Below are positions 25,949 to 35,705 of a DNA stretch of 64,000 nucleotides, piece by piece. Under the pieces are notes generated by a model. That model saw only the letters and a list, made by a program, of their open reading frames with translations. It was not told the origin of the DNA and ran no database searches. Location of the stretch: NCBI GenBank assembly GCA_963753185.1, contig CAVWBO010000007.1, positions 1,019,538-1,083,537 of the forward strand. Direction: 5' to 3'. Position numbers and translations under genes: made by a program. The stretch comes from an uncultured Acidimicrobiia bacterium (lineage in GTDB: Bacteria > Actinomycetota > Acidimicrobiia > Spongiisociales > UBA5794). Numbering within the stretch: position 1 is the first letter of the stretch; each line of letters starts with the position of its first letter.

Positions 25949-27267
25949 CCGATCCCATCCTCACCCGTCGAATGGCCGCGCACCCTTCAGACAGCCACAC
26001 GCTTGCCAGGTATGAGGCGACCGGCGGGTACGACGCGCTGCGCAAGGCGCTTCGAGAGATGACCCCAGAGCAGTTGGTGGATGAGGTGAAGGCGTCGAAC
26101 ATGCGGGGCAGGGGAGGCGCCGGCTTCCCCACCGGGATCAAATGGGGCTTCCTGGCGCCGACCGAACCGCGGTACCTCGTCATCAACGCCGACGAATCCG
26201 AACCTGGCACGTTCAAGGATCGGCAGCTGCTCGAGCGCGACCCGCACCAGTTGATCGAAGGCATCGTGATATCCGCCTATGCCCTCGGCGTGCACACGGC
26301 GTTCATCTATATCAGGGGCGAGTATCCCAAGCCTGCGCGGCGCGTCCAGCGGGCAGTCGACGAGGCATACGAGGCTGGATTCCTCGGATCGGACATCCTC
26401 GGGAGCGGGTTCGACCTCGACGTGGTCGTCCACCTCGGTGGGGGCGCCTACATCTGCGGCGAGGAGACCGCGCTGCTGAACTCGCTCGAGGGTCGAAGGG
26501 GGGAACCCAGGCTCAAGCCGCCGTTCCCCGCCGTTGCAGGCCTCTACGCGAAACCGACGATCGTGAACAACGTGGAGTCGATCTCCAACGTCCCATGGAT
26601 CACGCTCAACGGTGGGAACGCGTACGCAGCGATCGGGCCGGAGCGTTCGGCAGGAACCCGGTTGTTCTCGCTGTCCGGCCACGTGAGGAAGCCGGGCAAC
26701 CATGAGATCGTCATGGGCATCACCTGGGCGGAGCTCATCCACGAGATCGGAGGAGGGATCAGGGACGGAAACGCCCTCAAGACCTGGATCCCCGGTGGCG
26801 CGTCCGCACCGTGGCTGGTGCCGTCGGAGCACCTGGAGACCCTGGTGACGATCGACGATGTCGCCCACCACGGATCCATGCTCGGATCGGGGGCGATCGT
26901 CGTCATGGATGAGACGACCAATGTCGTCGCTGCTGCACACAGCATCGTCAAGTTCTTCGCCCACGAATCATGCGGCCAGTGCACGCCATGTCGGGAGGGG
27001 ACGTCGTGGCTCGAGGACGTCCTCCAGCGCATCCTCGACGGTTCTGGGCGGACGAGCGACATCGACCTCCTCCTCGACGTGTCGGACAACATCTCCCCTG
27101 GGCTCACATGGCCACCGGCGATGACGACGATCTGTCCACTCGGCCCGTCCGCAACGGCGCCGATCGTCTCGATCATGAGGTGGTTCAGGCCGGAAGTCGA
27201 AGCGATGATCGCAGGCGCGAACGCAGGGAAAGGGACGATCGGGGTCGGGGAGGTCGCCCGTGTCTGA
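25945..27267 (+). CDS. nuoF: NADH-quinone oxidoreductase subunit F
   Basis: MRGRGGAGFPTGIKWGF (FMN site), ADESEPGTFKDR, ESCGQCTPCREG (N3). ATGA overlap with nuoE. Confidence 0.95.
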   Translation: MTDPILTRRMAAHPSDSHTLARYEATGGYDALRKALREMTPEQLVDEVKASNMRGRGGAGFPTGIKWGFLAPTEPRYLVINADESEPGTFKDRQLLERDPHQLIEGIVISAYALGVHTAFIYIRGEYPKPARRVQRAVDEAYEAGFLGSDILGSGFDLDVVVHLGGGAYICGEETALLNSLEGRRGEPRLKPPFPAVAGLYAKPTIVNNVESISNVPWITLNGGNAYAAIGPERSAGTRLFSLSGHVRKPGNHEIVMGITWAELIHEIGGGIRDGNALKTWIPGGASAPWLVPSEHLETLVTIDDVAHHGSMLGSGAIVVMDETTNVVAAAHSIVKFFAHESCGQCTPCREGTSWLEDVLQRILDGSGRTSDIDLLLDVSDNISPGLTWPPAMTTICPLGPSATAPIVSIMRWFRPEVEAMIAGANAGKGTIGVGEVARV

Positions 27268-29686
27268 CGCAGCGACGACCGTCTCGATCACCATCAACGG
27301 CGTCGTCCATGAGGTCGAGGCAGGCCAGCGCCTCATCACCGCCGCGGAGAAGGTCGGCGAGATGATCCCCCGCTTCTGCCACCACGACAAGCTCGAGCCC
27401 GTCGGGAAGTGCCGTATGTGCCTCGTCGAGGTCGAGGGTCCTCGAGGGAAGGCCCTCATGGCGAGCTGCACGCTGCCGGTGAGCGATGGCATGGTCGTCG
27501 ACACGCAGTCCTCCGTCGTCACCAAGGCCCAGGAGGGGGTCCTCGAGTTCCTCCTCATCAACCATCCCCTGGACTGCCCGATCTGCGACAAGGGCGGGGA
27601 GTGTCCCCTCCAGGATCAGACGATGCGGTGGGGCCCAGGGGAGAGCCGGTTCATCGAGGAGAAACGAACGTTCGTCAAGCCGATCCACGTTTCGGACGTC
27701 GTGCTCCTCGACCGCGAGCGCTGCGTCCTGTGCGACCGTTGCGTGAGGGTCGCGGACGACATCGCAGGGGATCCGCTCCTCGTCTTCCAGGACCGCGGCA
27801 ACGGTGTCCAGATCCAGACGTTCCCCGGTGAGCCGTTCTCCTCGTACTTCTCGGGGAACACGGTTCAGCTGTGTCCGGTCGGTGCATTGACGTCGGTCGA
27901 CTATCGATTCAAGGCCCGACCGTGGGACCTCGAGCACACACCGTCGGTCTCGCTCGTCGACACGTTCCAGTCGACCGTCGACGTGCAGACGTCGCGGGGC
28001 AAGGTCATCCGCGTCTACGGCGTCGAGAACGACGACCTCAACGAGGGTTGGCTCTCCGACAAGGATCGCTTCGCCTTTTCGGCGATCCATTCCCCGCGTC
28101 GGGTGACCGTCCCCATGGTCGACCAGGACGGGGAGTTCGCCGAGACAGGGTGGGGGGAGGCCCTCGACAGGGTCGCTTCCCGACTCGGAGCATTCCTCCC
28201 TGCGGAGGTCGGCATCATCGGGGGGGCGAACAACACGAATGAGGAGGCGTACGCGCTCTCGAAGTTCGCGAGGACCGTGATCGGTACTCCGCACGTCGAC
28301 GCCCAGCTCGGTGACGGGCTCAACCCCCACCTCGCCGCGGCCGTGACCCCCCGAGCCACGGTTCCCGACCTCGATCGCGCATCGACGATCCTCCTGTGGG
28401 GTCCCGACATCAAGGAGACTCACCCCGTCCTGTACCTGCGGGTGCGCAAGGCAGTGCGAAACGGTGCATCGCTCGTCGTGGCGAGCCCCGCGGGCACGGG
28501 ACTCGACGGCATCGCTACCCATGTGGCCCGATACCGGGCTGGGAGCGGCTCGGACACCCTTCGCAAGCTCGTGGCCGGGGACGGCGAGTTCGCCGACGCG
28601 AGGGCGGTGCTCGACGCAGGCCCCGTCGTCGGTCTGGTGGGACGCTCGTCACTCGCAGAGGATCCACGCCTTGCCGAGGCCGTCGCGGCATTCGCGCGCA
28701 CCCTTCCCGATGCGCGCCTCCTCACGTTGTTGCAACGTGGGAACGTGTACGGGGCGCTCGACATGGGCCTGTCACCGACACTCCTGCCGGGGCGCGTCAG
28801 CACAGGGGATCGGGTGTCGGCCGCGGCCATCGAGGACGCATGGGGACCCCTTCCCACGGACGCCGGCCGCTCCACGATGGAGATGTTCGCGGCGGTCCTC
28901 GAGGGGGAGATCAGGGCGATCATCCTCGTGGGTGCAGATCCGGTGAGCGATTGCCCCGACCCTGACCTCGCGGACCGCGCCCTCCAACACGCCGAGTTCG
29001 TGGTCGCCGTCGATTCCTTCGTCACGCACTCGTCACAGCATGCAGATGTCCTCCTCCCCGGCGCCGTCTGGGGCGAGGTCGACGGCACGGTGACCAACCT
29101 CGAAGGTCGTGTCCAGCGGGTAAGGCCCGCTATCCATCCCGTGGGGCAGGCGAGGCCGCTCAATGCCATCCTCGACGACCTCTCATACCGTCTCGGCGTC
29201 GAGCTCGGCACCGCAAAGCCCGGGGACATCTCGTCCGAGATCGCATCCGTGGCCCCCGCCTATCTCGGTGTCACGTTCGACTACCTCACGTTCGAGGCAG
29301 GTCCCGACGGGGCACTCGTCCCGATTCGGGGTGCCTCACAGCCACTCGGTTTCATCCCCGTCGAGATCAGCGTGCCGGTCGTCACGGACCGCATGACGCT
29401 CCACCTGGCACCCGCGCTCTACGACGACGGCGTCTGGAACCGCCACGCCGAGACGATCGCATCGCTCGTACGCCCCGCCGTAGCACGGATCCACCCGAGG
29501 GATGCATCGGTGCTCGCCGTCACGGACGGATCGATCGTCCTGGTCGCGGACCGCTTCGAGCTCCCTGTGGTGATCGACACGGCCGTGGCCGTAGGCTCGG
29601 TCGTCGTACCGTTCAATCACCCGGACACCCGAGGCATCGCGGCGACGCCGTCAGTCGCGGTCGACGCCGTCAGGAGCGACGAATGA
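27260..29686 (+). CDS. nuoG: NADH-quinone oxidoreductase subunit G
   Basis: FCHHDKLEPVGKCRMCLVEV, HPLDCPICDKGGECPLQD, RCVLCDRCVRV, followed by a molybdopterin-oxidoreductase-like domain. 808 aa. Confidence 0.95.
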   Translation: MSDAATTVSITINGVVHEVEAGQRLITAAEKVGEMIPRFCHHDKLEPVGKCRMCLVEVEGPRGKALMASCTLPVSDGMVVDTQSSVVTKAQEGVLEFLLINHPLDCPICDKGGECPLQDQTMRWGPGESRFIEEKRTFVKPIHVSDVVLLDRERCVLCDRCVRVADDIAGDPLLVFQDRGNGVQIQTFPGEPFSSYFSGNTVQLCPVGALTSVDYRFKARPWDLEHTPSVSLVDTFQSTVDVQTSRGKVIRVYGVENDDLNEGWLSDKDRFAFSAIHSPRRVTVPMVDQDGEFAETGWGEALDRVASRLGAFLPAEVGIIGGANNTNEEAYALSKFARTVIGTPHVDAQLGDGLNPHLAAAVTPRATVPDLDRASTILLWGPDIKETHPVLYLRVRKAVRNGASLVVASPAGTGLDGIATHVARYRAGSGSDTLRKLVAGDGEFADARAVLDAGPVVGLVGRSSLAEDPRLAEAVAAFARTLPDARLLTLLQRGNVYGALDMGLSPTLLPGRVSTGDRVSAAAIEDAWGPLPTDAGRSTMEMFAAVLEGEIRAIILVGADPVSDCPDPDLADRALQHAEFVVAVDSFVTHSSQHADVLLPGAVWGEVDGTVTNLEGRVQRVRPAIHPVGQARPLNAILDDLSYRLGVELGTAKPGDISSEIASVAPAYLGVTFDYLTFEAGPDGALVPIRGASQPLGFIPVEISVPVVTDRMTLHLAPALYDDGVWNRHAETIASLVRPAVARIHPRDASVLAVTDGSIVLVADRFELPVVIDTAVAVGSVVVPFNHPDTRGIAATPSVAVDAVRSDE

Positions 29687-30723
29687 GCGTCTTCATCGAG
29701 GCCGCGATCAGGGTCGTCCTCATCTTCGTCTTCCTCCTCGTCACGGTGCTGCTCCTCATCTGGGTCGAGCGGAAATTCGTGTCCGACCTCCAGAACCGGG
29801 TTGGGCCCGACAGGGCGGGGCCATGGGGAATCCTCCAGTCGCTGGCGGACGGCGTGAAGTCGTTCTTCAAGGAATCGATCCGACCGACGAAGGCTGAGCT
29901 GCTCATCTATGTAGCGGCGCCCGTCGCCGCCCTCGTACCAGCACTCCTGATCTTCATGGTCATCCCCGTCGGTGCGCCCATCACGATCGGTGACACCGAG
30001 TACGCCCTCGTCGGAGCAGACCTGAACATCGGATTGCTGTACGTCCTCGCGCTGTCCTCGATCGCCGTGTACGCCGTGACGCTCGCTGGATGGTCATCGG
30101 GTTCGAAGTATCCGCTCCTCGGGGCGGTGCGGGCGTCGGCACAGATGATCTCCTACGAGGCGGCGATGGGACTCGCCCTCGTGCCGGTCGTGATGTTCGC
30201 CGGCACGGCATCGATCGTCGGGATCGTCGAGGCGCAACAGGGAACGTTCGGCGGATTCTTTCCCGCGTGGAACGTCGTGCTGTTCCCCTCCTTCGTGATC
30301 TTCCTCATCGCCGGGTTTGCCGAGACGAACCGCGCGCCGTTCGACCTGGTCGAGGCAGAGTCCGAGATCGTCGGGGGCTATCACACGGAGTACTCCGGCC
30401 TCGGCTTCGCCCTGTTCTTCCTCGCCGAGTACATCAATGTGTTCAACATCTCTGCACTCACGGCCGTCCTCTTCCTCGGGGGATGGGCGGGTCCGACGTT
30501 CGGCCCGGCATGGCTCGCCGCCGTCCTCCCGATCGTGTGGTTCCTCGCCAAGACCTGGGCCGTCGTGCTGCTGTTCGTGTGGGTCAGGGCGACCCTTCCC
30601 CGGATGCGGTACGACCAGCTGATGAGCTTCGGGTGGAAGCGGCTCATCCCGGTGTCCCTCGTGTGGATCATCCTCGTTGCGCTGTCGCTCGGCGTGCGCG
30701 AATTCGGGGCGCCGTGGTCATGA
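29683..30723 (+). CDS. nuoH: NADH-quinone oxidoreductase subunit H
   Basis: WVERKFVSDLQNRVGPDRAGPWGILQSLADGVK...FAETNRAPFDLVEAESEIVGGYHTEYSG. Confidence 0.95.
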   Translation: MSVFIEAAIRVVLIFVFLLVTVLLLIWVERKFVSDLQNRVGPDRAGPWGILQSLADGVKSFFKESIRPTKAELLIYVAAPVAALVPALLIFMVIPVGAPITIGDTEYALVGADLNIGLLYVLALSSIAVYAVTLAGWSSGSKYPLLGAVRASAQMISYEAAMGLALVPVVMFAGTASIVGIVEAQQGTFGGFFPAWNVVLFPSFVIFLIAGFAETNRAPFDLVEAESEIVGGYHTEYSGLGFALFFLAEYINVFNISALTAVLFLGGWAGPTFGPAWLAAVLPIVWFLAKTWAVVLLFVWVRATLPRMRYDQLMSFGWKRLIPVSLVWIILVALSLGVREFGAPWS

Positions 30724-30765
30724 GGAGTCTGTCATGAGGGGCAAGGCATGAGGAGCGAGTCATGA
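30720..30765 (+). other. Relay of three ATGA-overlapping 5-codon mini-ORFs (MRSLS, MRGKA, MRSES) with 14-nt period bridging the nuoH stop to the nuoI start
   Basis: Read directly as tcATGAGGAGtctgtcATGAGGGGcaaggcATGAGGAGcgagtcATGAGCTGG. Each TGA overlaps the next ATG. The first ATGA contains the nuoH stop and the last contains the nuoI ATG (30762). Confidence 0.6.
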
Positions 30766-31406
30766 GCTGGGTAACCGACCTCCTCGGTCCGTTCAAGGGT
30801 TTCGCCGTCACCATGCGCCAGGTTGGCAAGCCCCGCGTGACGAGGAAGTACCCGGAGGACAAGCGGGTGAAACCCCCGCGATTCCACGGTCGTCACGTGC
30901 TCAACCGCTACGAGGACGGCATGGAGAAATGCATCGGGTGTGAGTTGTGCGCAGGCGTGTGCCCCGCGAACTGCATCTACGTGCGCGGAGCCGACAACCC
31001 CCCCGATGCGCCGGTCAGCCCTGGCGAGCGCTTCGGCTTCGTGTACGAGATCAACATGCTGCGGTGCATCTTTTGCGCCATGTGCGTCGAGGCCTGCCCG
31101 ACCGAGGCGATCACGATGACCCACCTGTTCGAGATGTCGGTGACCGACCGAAGTGACGCCATCTACACGAAGGCCGAGCTCCTCGTTGAGCGCGATGGCA
31201 CGCCGAACCATCCCCAGCCCGAGTCCAAGCTGATCGACCTCGACGAGCTTCGAATCGGTGACGGCTGGATGATCGCGACGTCACCGTCCGGGCGCGTCGA
31301 CTACGAAGGTGTCTCGGCGTGGTCACCGTCGGCTCGCACCGGTGACATGCCACCCGAGCGAGGACAGTCGGTGCCGCCCGACGCTGGGGAGGGCGATGAT
31401 GGCTGA
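30762..31406 (+). CDS. nuoI: NADH-quinone oxidoreductase subunit I (C-terminal extension)
   Basis: CIGCELCAGVCP and CIFCAMCVEACP (2x[4Fe-4S]). About 60 extra C-terminal residues. Confidence 0.95.
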   Translation: MSWVTDLLGPFKGFAVTMRQVGKPRVTRKYPEDKRVKPPRFHGRHVLNRYEDGMEKCIGCELCAGVCPANCIYVRGADNPPDAPVSPGERFGFVYEINMLRCIFCAMCVEACPTEAITMTHLFEMSVTDRSDAIYTKAELLVERDGTPNHPQPESKLIDLDELRIGDGWMIATSPSGRVDYEGVSAWSPSARTGDMPPERGQSVPPDAGEGDDG

Positions 31407-31932
31407 GACGGTCGTCTTCATCATCTTCGCTGCCGTGGCGATCGCAGGGGCCATCGGCATGCTGAGCGCATCGAACCCGGTCTACTCGGCAGTGGGCCTG
31501 CTCTCGACCATGTTCGCGATCGCCGTCATGTACATCCTCCTCGACGCGCACTTCGTCGCCGCGGTCCAGGTCATCATCTATGCAGGCGCCGTGATGACGC
31601 TGTTCCTGTTCGTCATCATGCTGATCGGGGTCGACCGCGACGACGCCTACGGGGTGCGGCCAGGCGTGCAGAGGGTGATGACCGTTGTCGTCGCCGTGGG
31701 ACTGTTCGCGACGCTCGCGGTCGCCGGACGCGCTGCGTGGGTCACCGGAACGACGAATGCCGGTACCGCCGACCTGAATGGAACGATCGAGAACGTCGCG
31801 GACGAGCTGTTCGGAACCTGGATCATCGTCTTCCTCGCGACGGTCATGCTCTTGACCATCGCTGCGCTCGGCACGATCGCGCTCGCCTACTTCCCCCACG
31901 GGTCCGAGAAGTCCGAGGAGGCGATCCCGTGA
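31396..31932 (+). CDS. nuoJ: NADH-quinone oxidoreductase subunit J
   Basis: [36 protein letters not shown]...[20 protein letters not shown]. Start at ATG 31396 or 31399. Confidence 0.9.
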   Translation: MMAETVVFIIFAAVAIAGAIGMLSASNPVYSAVGLLSTMFAIAVMYILLDAHFVAAVQVIIYAGAVMTLFLFVIMLIGVDRDDAYGVRPGVQRVMTVVVAVGLFATLAVAGRAAWVTGTTNAGTADLNGTIENVADELFGTWIIVFLATVMLLTIAALGTIALAYFPHGSEKSEEAIP

Positions 31933-32234
31933 CGGTCACGGTGACGTGGTACCTCCTCCTCGGCGCCGCCCTCTTCTCGATGGGCGTTGCGGGCGTGATG
32001 ATCCGGAGGAACGCCCTGATCATGTTCATGTCGATCGAGCTCATGCTCAACAGCGTCAACCTCACCCTCGTCGCGTTGAGCAGGGAGCTCGGTCTGGTGG
32101 AGGGGCAGGTCGCTGCCCTGTTCGTGATGGTGATCGCCGCCGCCGAGGTCACGGTCGGGCTCGCGATCATCGTGGCGATCTTCCGCACTCGGGCGAGTGC
32201 GAATGTGGATGAACTCGCGGAACTGAAGGGCTGA
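31929..32234 (+). CDS. nuoK: NADH-quinone oxidoreductase subunit K
   Basis: GTG 31929 overlaps the nuoJ stop (GTGA). ...[37 protein letters not shown]...[13 protein letters not shown]. Confidence 0.9.
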   Translation: MTVTVTWYLLLGAALFSMGVAGVMIRRNALIMFMSIELMLNSVNLTLVALSRELGLVEGQVAALFVMVIAAAEVTVGLAIIVAIFRTRASANVDELAELKG

Positions 32235-32241
32235 ACGGGAG

Positions 32242-34122
32242 ATGACGGACTACCTCTGGTTGCTTGTCGCGCTGCCCCTGATCGGCGCCGTCGTCAACCT
32301 GTTCCTCGGGAGGCGCCTCGGGGAACCGGTAGCGGGATGGTTCGGATTCGCGGTCGTCGGGGTGAGCTTCGTCCTCGCGGCGGCGGCAGGGTTCGGATTC
32401 ATCATCGGAACGAGGGCAGTCGAGTCGATCCTGCTGTTCTCCTGGATCCCCGTCGTCGGGGCTGACGCCGCGATCCTGTGGGACCCTCTCTCGGCGCTGC
32501 TGACACTGATCGTCACGGGCGTCGGGGCGCTGATCCACCTGTACTCGATCGGGTACATGCATGGCGACGATCGTTATCCCCGGTTCTTCGCCTTCCTGAA
32601 CCTCTTCATCGCGTCGATGCTGATCCTCGTGCTCGCCGCGAACTATGCGGTGATGTTCGTTGGCTGGGAGCTCGTCGGCCTCTCGTCATACCTGCTCATC
32701 TCGTTCTGGTTCACGAAGCCGTCTGCTGCGGCCGCAGGCAAGAAGGCGTTCATCGTCAACCGTATCGGCGACTGGGGCTTCCTCGTCGCCCTCATGATCA
32801 TCTTCGCCACCTTCGGCACATTCGACTTCCAGACCATCTTCGAACAGGCCCCGTTGATGTTCGGTGTCGGATCGGGCGTGATCACGGCGATCACAATGCT
32901 GCTGTTCGTGGGCGCTGCGGGCAAGTCGGCCCAGATCCCCCTCTACGTGTGGCTGCCGGACGCGATGGAGGGCCCGACGCCCGTCTCCGCACTGATCCAT
33001 GCCGCCACGATGGTCACCGCCGGCATCTTCATGATCGCCCGATCGGCCGTCCTGTACGAGCTTGCGCCGGTGTCGGGCGCGGTCGTCGCCACGATCGGTG
33101 TCCTGACAGCGTTGCTCGCTGCGGTCATCGCGATCGCACAGACGGACATCAAGCGCGTCCTCGCCTACTCGACGATCAGCCAACTCGGGTACATGGCACT
33201 CGGCGTGGGTGTCGGCGCGTACTCGGCAGGGCTGTTCCACCTCACCACCCATGCATTCTTCAAGGCGCTGCTGTTCCTCGGAGCTGGATCTGTCATCCAT
33301 GCGATGCGCAATGAGCAGGACATGCGGAGGATGGGCGGCCTGCGCAAGGCCATGCCTGTCACGTTCATCACCATGGGAGCGGCATGGCTCGCGATCTCCG
33401 GCATGTTCCCGTTCTCCGGCTTCTGGTCCAAGGATGAGATCCTCGCAGCGGCGTACGCCCGTGGTGACTGGTACCTCGTGCTGTGGTTCGTCGGGGTCGT
33501 CGTCGCTTTGATCACGGCGTTCTACATGACCCGCTTGTTCGTCATGACATTCTTCGGTTCCCAACGATGGGACGATGGCATCCATCCCCACGAGTCACCG
33601 AAGACGATGACCATCCCGCTCGTCGTGCTTGCCGTGTTCACGGTCGTGGCCGGTGGCTTCAACACTCCATGGCGGCTCACGTTCGAGCACTTCCTGGAGC
33701 CGTCCTTCGAAGGTGTTCCCCACCCAGAGGCCCTGAGCGATGGGCTCATCGTCGTGCTCGCCGCAGTGGCACTCGTTGTCGCGACTGTCGGCATCGTCTG
33801 GGGTTGGCGCAGGTACGACAGGGACGAGCTACCCGCAGAGGTCGGTCCATTCTGGACGAGTGCGCTCGCCGCGTTCGGTGTCGACGACTTCTACGGACGC
33901 TGGATCGTCGCACCCGCGAGGGCCGTCTCTGAATGGTTCTCGGACTTCGTCGATCCGAAGGTCATCGACGGCGTCACGCACGGGATCGCTCGCGGCGTCG
34001 TCGGTTCGGGCTCGGCCATGCGAGCAGCGCAGACCGGCCATGTGCGGTGGTACGCGACCGCGACCGCGGTGGGTGGCGTCGTCCTGATCGTCCTGTTCCT
34101 TCTGCTGGGAGGGGCATTCTGA
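32242..34122 (+). CDS. nuoL: NADH-quinone oxidoreductase subunit L
   Basis: 626 aa, Mrp-antiporter-like. [50 protein letters not shown]. Confidence 0.95.
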   Translation: MTDYLWLLVALPLIGAVVNLFLGRRLGEPVAGWFGFAVVGVSFVLAAAAGFGFIIGTRAVESILLFSWIPVVGADAAILWDPLSALLTLIVTGVGALIHLYSIGYMHGDDRYPRFFAFLNLFIASMLILVLAANYAVMFVGWELVGLSSYLLISFWFTKPSAAAAGKKAFIVNRIGDWGFLVALMIIFATFGTFDFQTIFEQAPLMFGVGSGVITAITMLLFVGAAGKSAQIPLYVWLPDAMEGPTPVSALIHAATMVTAGIFMIARSAVLYELAPVSGAVVATIGVLTALLAAVIAIAQTDIKRVLAYSTISQLGYMALGVGVGAYSAGLFHLTTHAFFKALLFLGAGSVIHAMRNEQDMRRMGGLRKAMPVTFITMGAAWLAISGMFPFSGFWSKDEILAAAYARGDWYLVLWFVGVVVALITAFYMTRLFVMTFFGSQRWDDGIHPHESPKTMTIPLVVLAVFTVVAGGFNTPWRLTFEHFLEPSFEGVPHPEALSDGLIVVLAAVALVVATVGIVWGWRRYDRDELPAEVGPFWTSALAAFGVDDFYGRWIVAPARAVSEWFSDFVDPKVIDGVTHGIARGVVGSGSAMRAAQTGHVRWYATATAVGGVVLIVLFLLLGGAF

Positions 34123-35705
34123 TGCCTGTCCTGAGCATCCTCGTACTCCTTCCCCTGGTCGGTGCACTGATCATCGGGTTCCTCCCGAAGCGGCGGCCGG
34201 AGGTCATCTTCCCCGTGAGCATCGTGGCATCGCTGCCACCGCTCGCCGTTGCGTGCTACATCCTGTGGGAGTTCACGGCGGGTACGGCAGACCTTCAATT
34301 CGGTGAGGACGTCACCCTGTCCTCAGGATTCGACATCGGATGGCGCGTCGCCGTCGACGGCATCTCGCTGTTCCTCATCGTGCTGACCGCCCTGTTGTTC
34401 CCGATCGCGATCGCGGCGTCGCGCTCGATCGGGGAGCGAATCAAGACCTACATGATCCTCATGCTGATCCTCGAGACCGGTGTCCTCGGTGTGTTCATCG
34501 CACTCGACCTCCTCGTCTTCTTCGCATTCTTCGAGATCGTGCTGGTTCCGATGTACCTGCTGATCCGCATGTGGGGCTCGGACAATCGGGCGTACGCCTC
34601 GGTGAAGTTCGTCCTTTTCACTGCGGCAGGCTCGGCCTTCCTCCTCGCATCGATCATCGCCCTTGCCGTGATCACCGGGAACGAGCTCGGTCAGTTCACC
34701 AGCTTCGACTTCCGCAAGATGCTCACCGTTGAACTGTCGGACGCCGCGCAGCTGTGGCTCTTCCTCGGGTTCGGGATCGCGTTCGCGATCAAGGTCCCGC
34801 TCTTCCCGTTCCACACATGGCTTCCCGATGCCCACACCGAGGCGCCGACGGCCGGTTCGGTGATCCTCGCAGGGGTGCTCCTCAAGATGGGCACCTACGG
34901 GCTCCTGCGGTTCAACATGACGCTCTTCCCCCAAGCGACTGTCGACCTGAGCTTCTGGATCGCCCTCCTCGGTGTCGTCGGGATCGTCTACGGAGGGGCC
35001 GTCGCCATCGTTCAGCCGGACATCAAGCGGCTCGTCGCGTACTCGTCCGTGAGCCACATGGGGTTCATCGTGCTCGGCATGTTCGCCCTCACGTCCCAGG
35101 CCCTGCAGGGTTCGGTGTTCCAGATGATCAGCCATGGGCTGACCACGGGCGCCCTCTTCCTCCTCATCGGGATGATCTATGACCGGACCCACACACGGGC
35201 GATCGCGGACTACGGCGGGCTCGCAACGGTGATGCCGGTGTACGCAGGCATTTTCCTGTTCTCGGCATTCGCGTCTGCAGGGCTTCCCGGGTTGTCGGGG
35301 TTCATCGGCGAGTTCACGGTGCTCGTCGGCTCCTGGATGACCTTCCCCGTGCTCACCGTCGTGGCGGGATCGGGCGTGATCCTCGCTGCGGTCTACCTGT
35401 TGTGGGCATACGAGCGGGTGTTCACCGGGCCGGTGACCAACCCGAAGCTCGATGGCCTCAAGGATCTCGGCCTGCGGGAGATCGCCATCATGGTGCCGCT
35501 CGTCGTCCTCATCCTCGTGCTCGGTGTGTATCCCAAGCCCGTGATGGACCGCATCGAGCCGTCGGCTGAGGCGATCCTCGACAGGATCTCATTCGCGACC
35601 GATTACGAGGCTCCCGAGTTCGGGAGGGCGGATCAGGTCGTGGAGCTCGAATACGGGACGGTCGACCACGCCGATGCCGGCCCGAGCGAAGGAGAGGGCG
35701 GCTGA
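34122..35705 (+). CDS. nuoM: NADH-quinone oxidoreductase subunit M
   Basis: KVPLFPFHTWLPDAHTEAPTAGSVILAGVLLKMGTYG. TGATG overlap with nuoL. ATG 34122 inside ORF 33933..35705. Confidence 0.95.
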   Translation: MPVLSILVLLPLVGALIIGFLPKRRPEVIFPVSIVASLPPLAVACYILWEFTAGTADLQFGEDVTLSSGFDIGWRVAVDGISLFLIVLTALLFPIAIAASRSIGERIKTYMILMLILETGVLGVFIALDLLVFFAFFEIVLVPMYLLIRMWGSDNRAYASVKFVLFTAAGSAFLLASIIALAVITGNELGQFTSFDFRKMLTVELSDAAQLWLFLGFGIAFAIKVPLFPFHTWLPDAHTEAPTAGSVILAGVLLKMGTYGLLRFNMTLFPQATVDLSFWIALLGVVGIVYGGAVAIVQPDIKRLVAYSSVSHMGFIVLGMFALTSQALQGSVFQMISHGLTTGALFLLIGMIYDRTHTRAIADYGGLATVMPVYAGIFLFSAFASAGLPGLSGFIGEFTVLVGSWMTFPVLTVVAGSGVILAAVYLLWAYERVFTGPVTNPKLDGLKDLGLREIAIMVPLVVLILVLGVYPKPVMDRIEPSAEAILDRISFATDYEAPEFGRADQVVELEYGTVDHADAGPSEGEGG

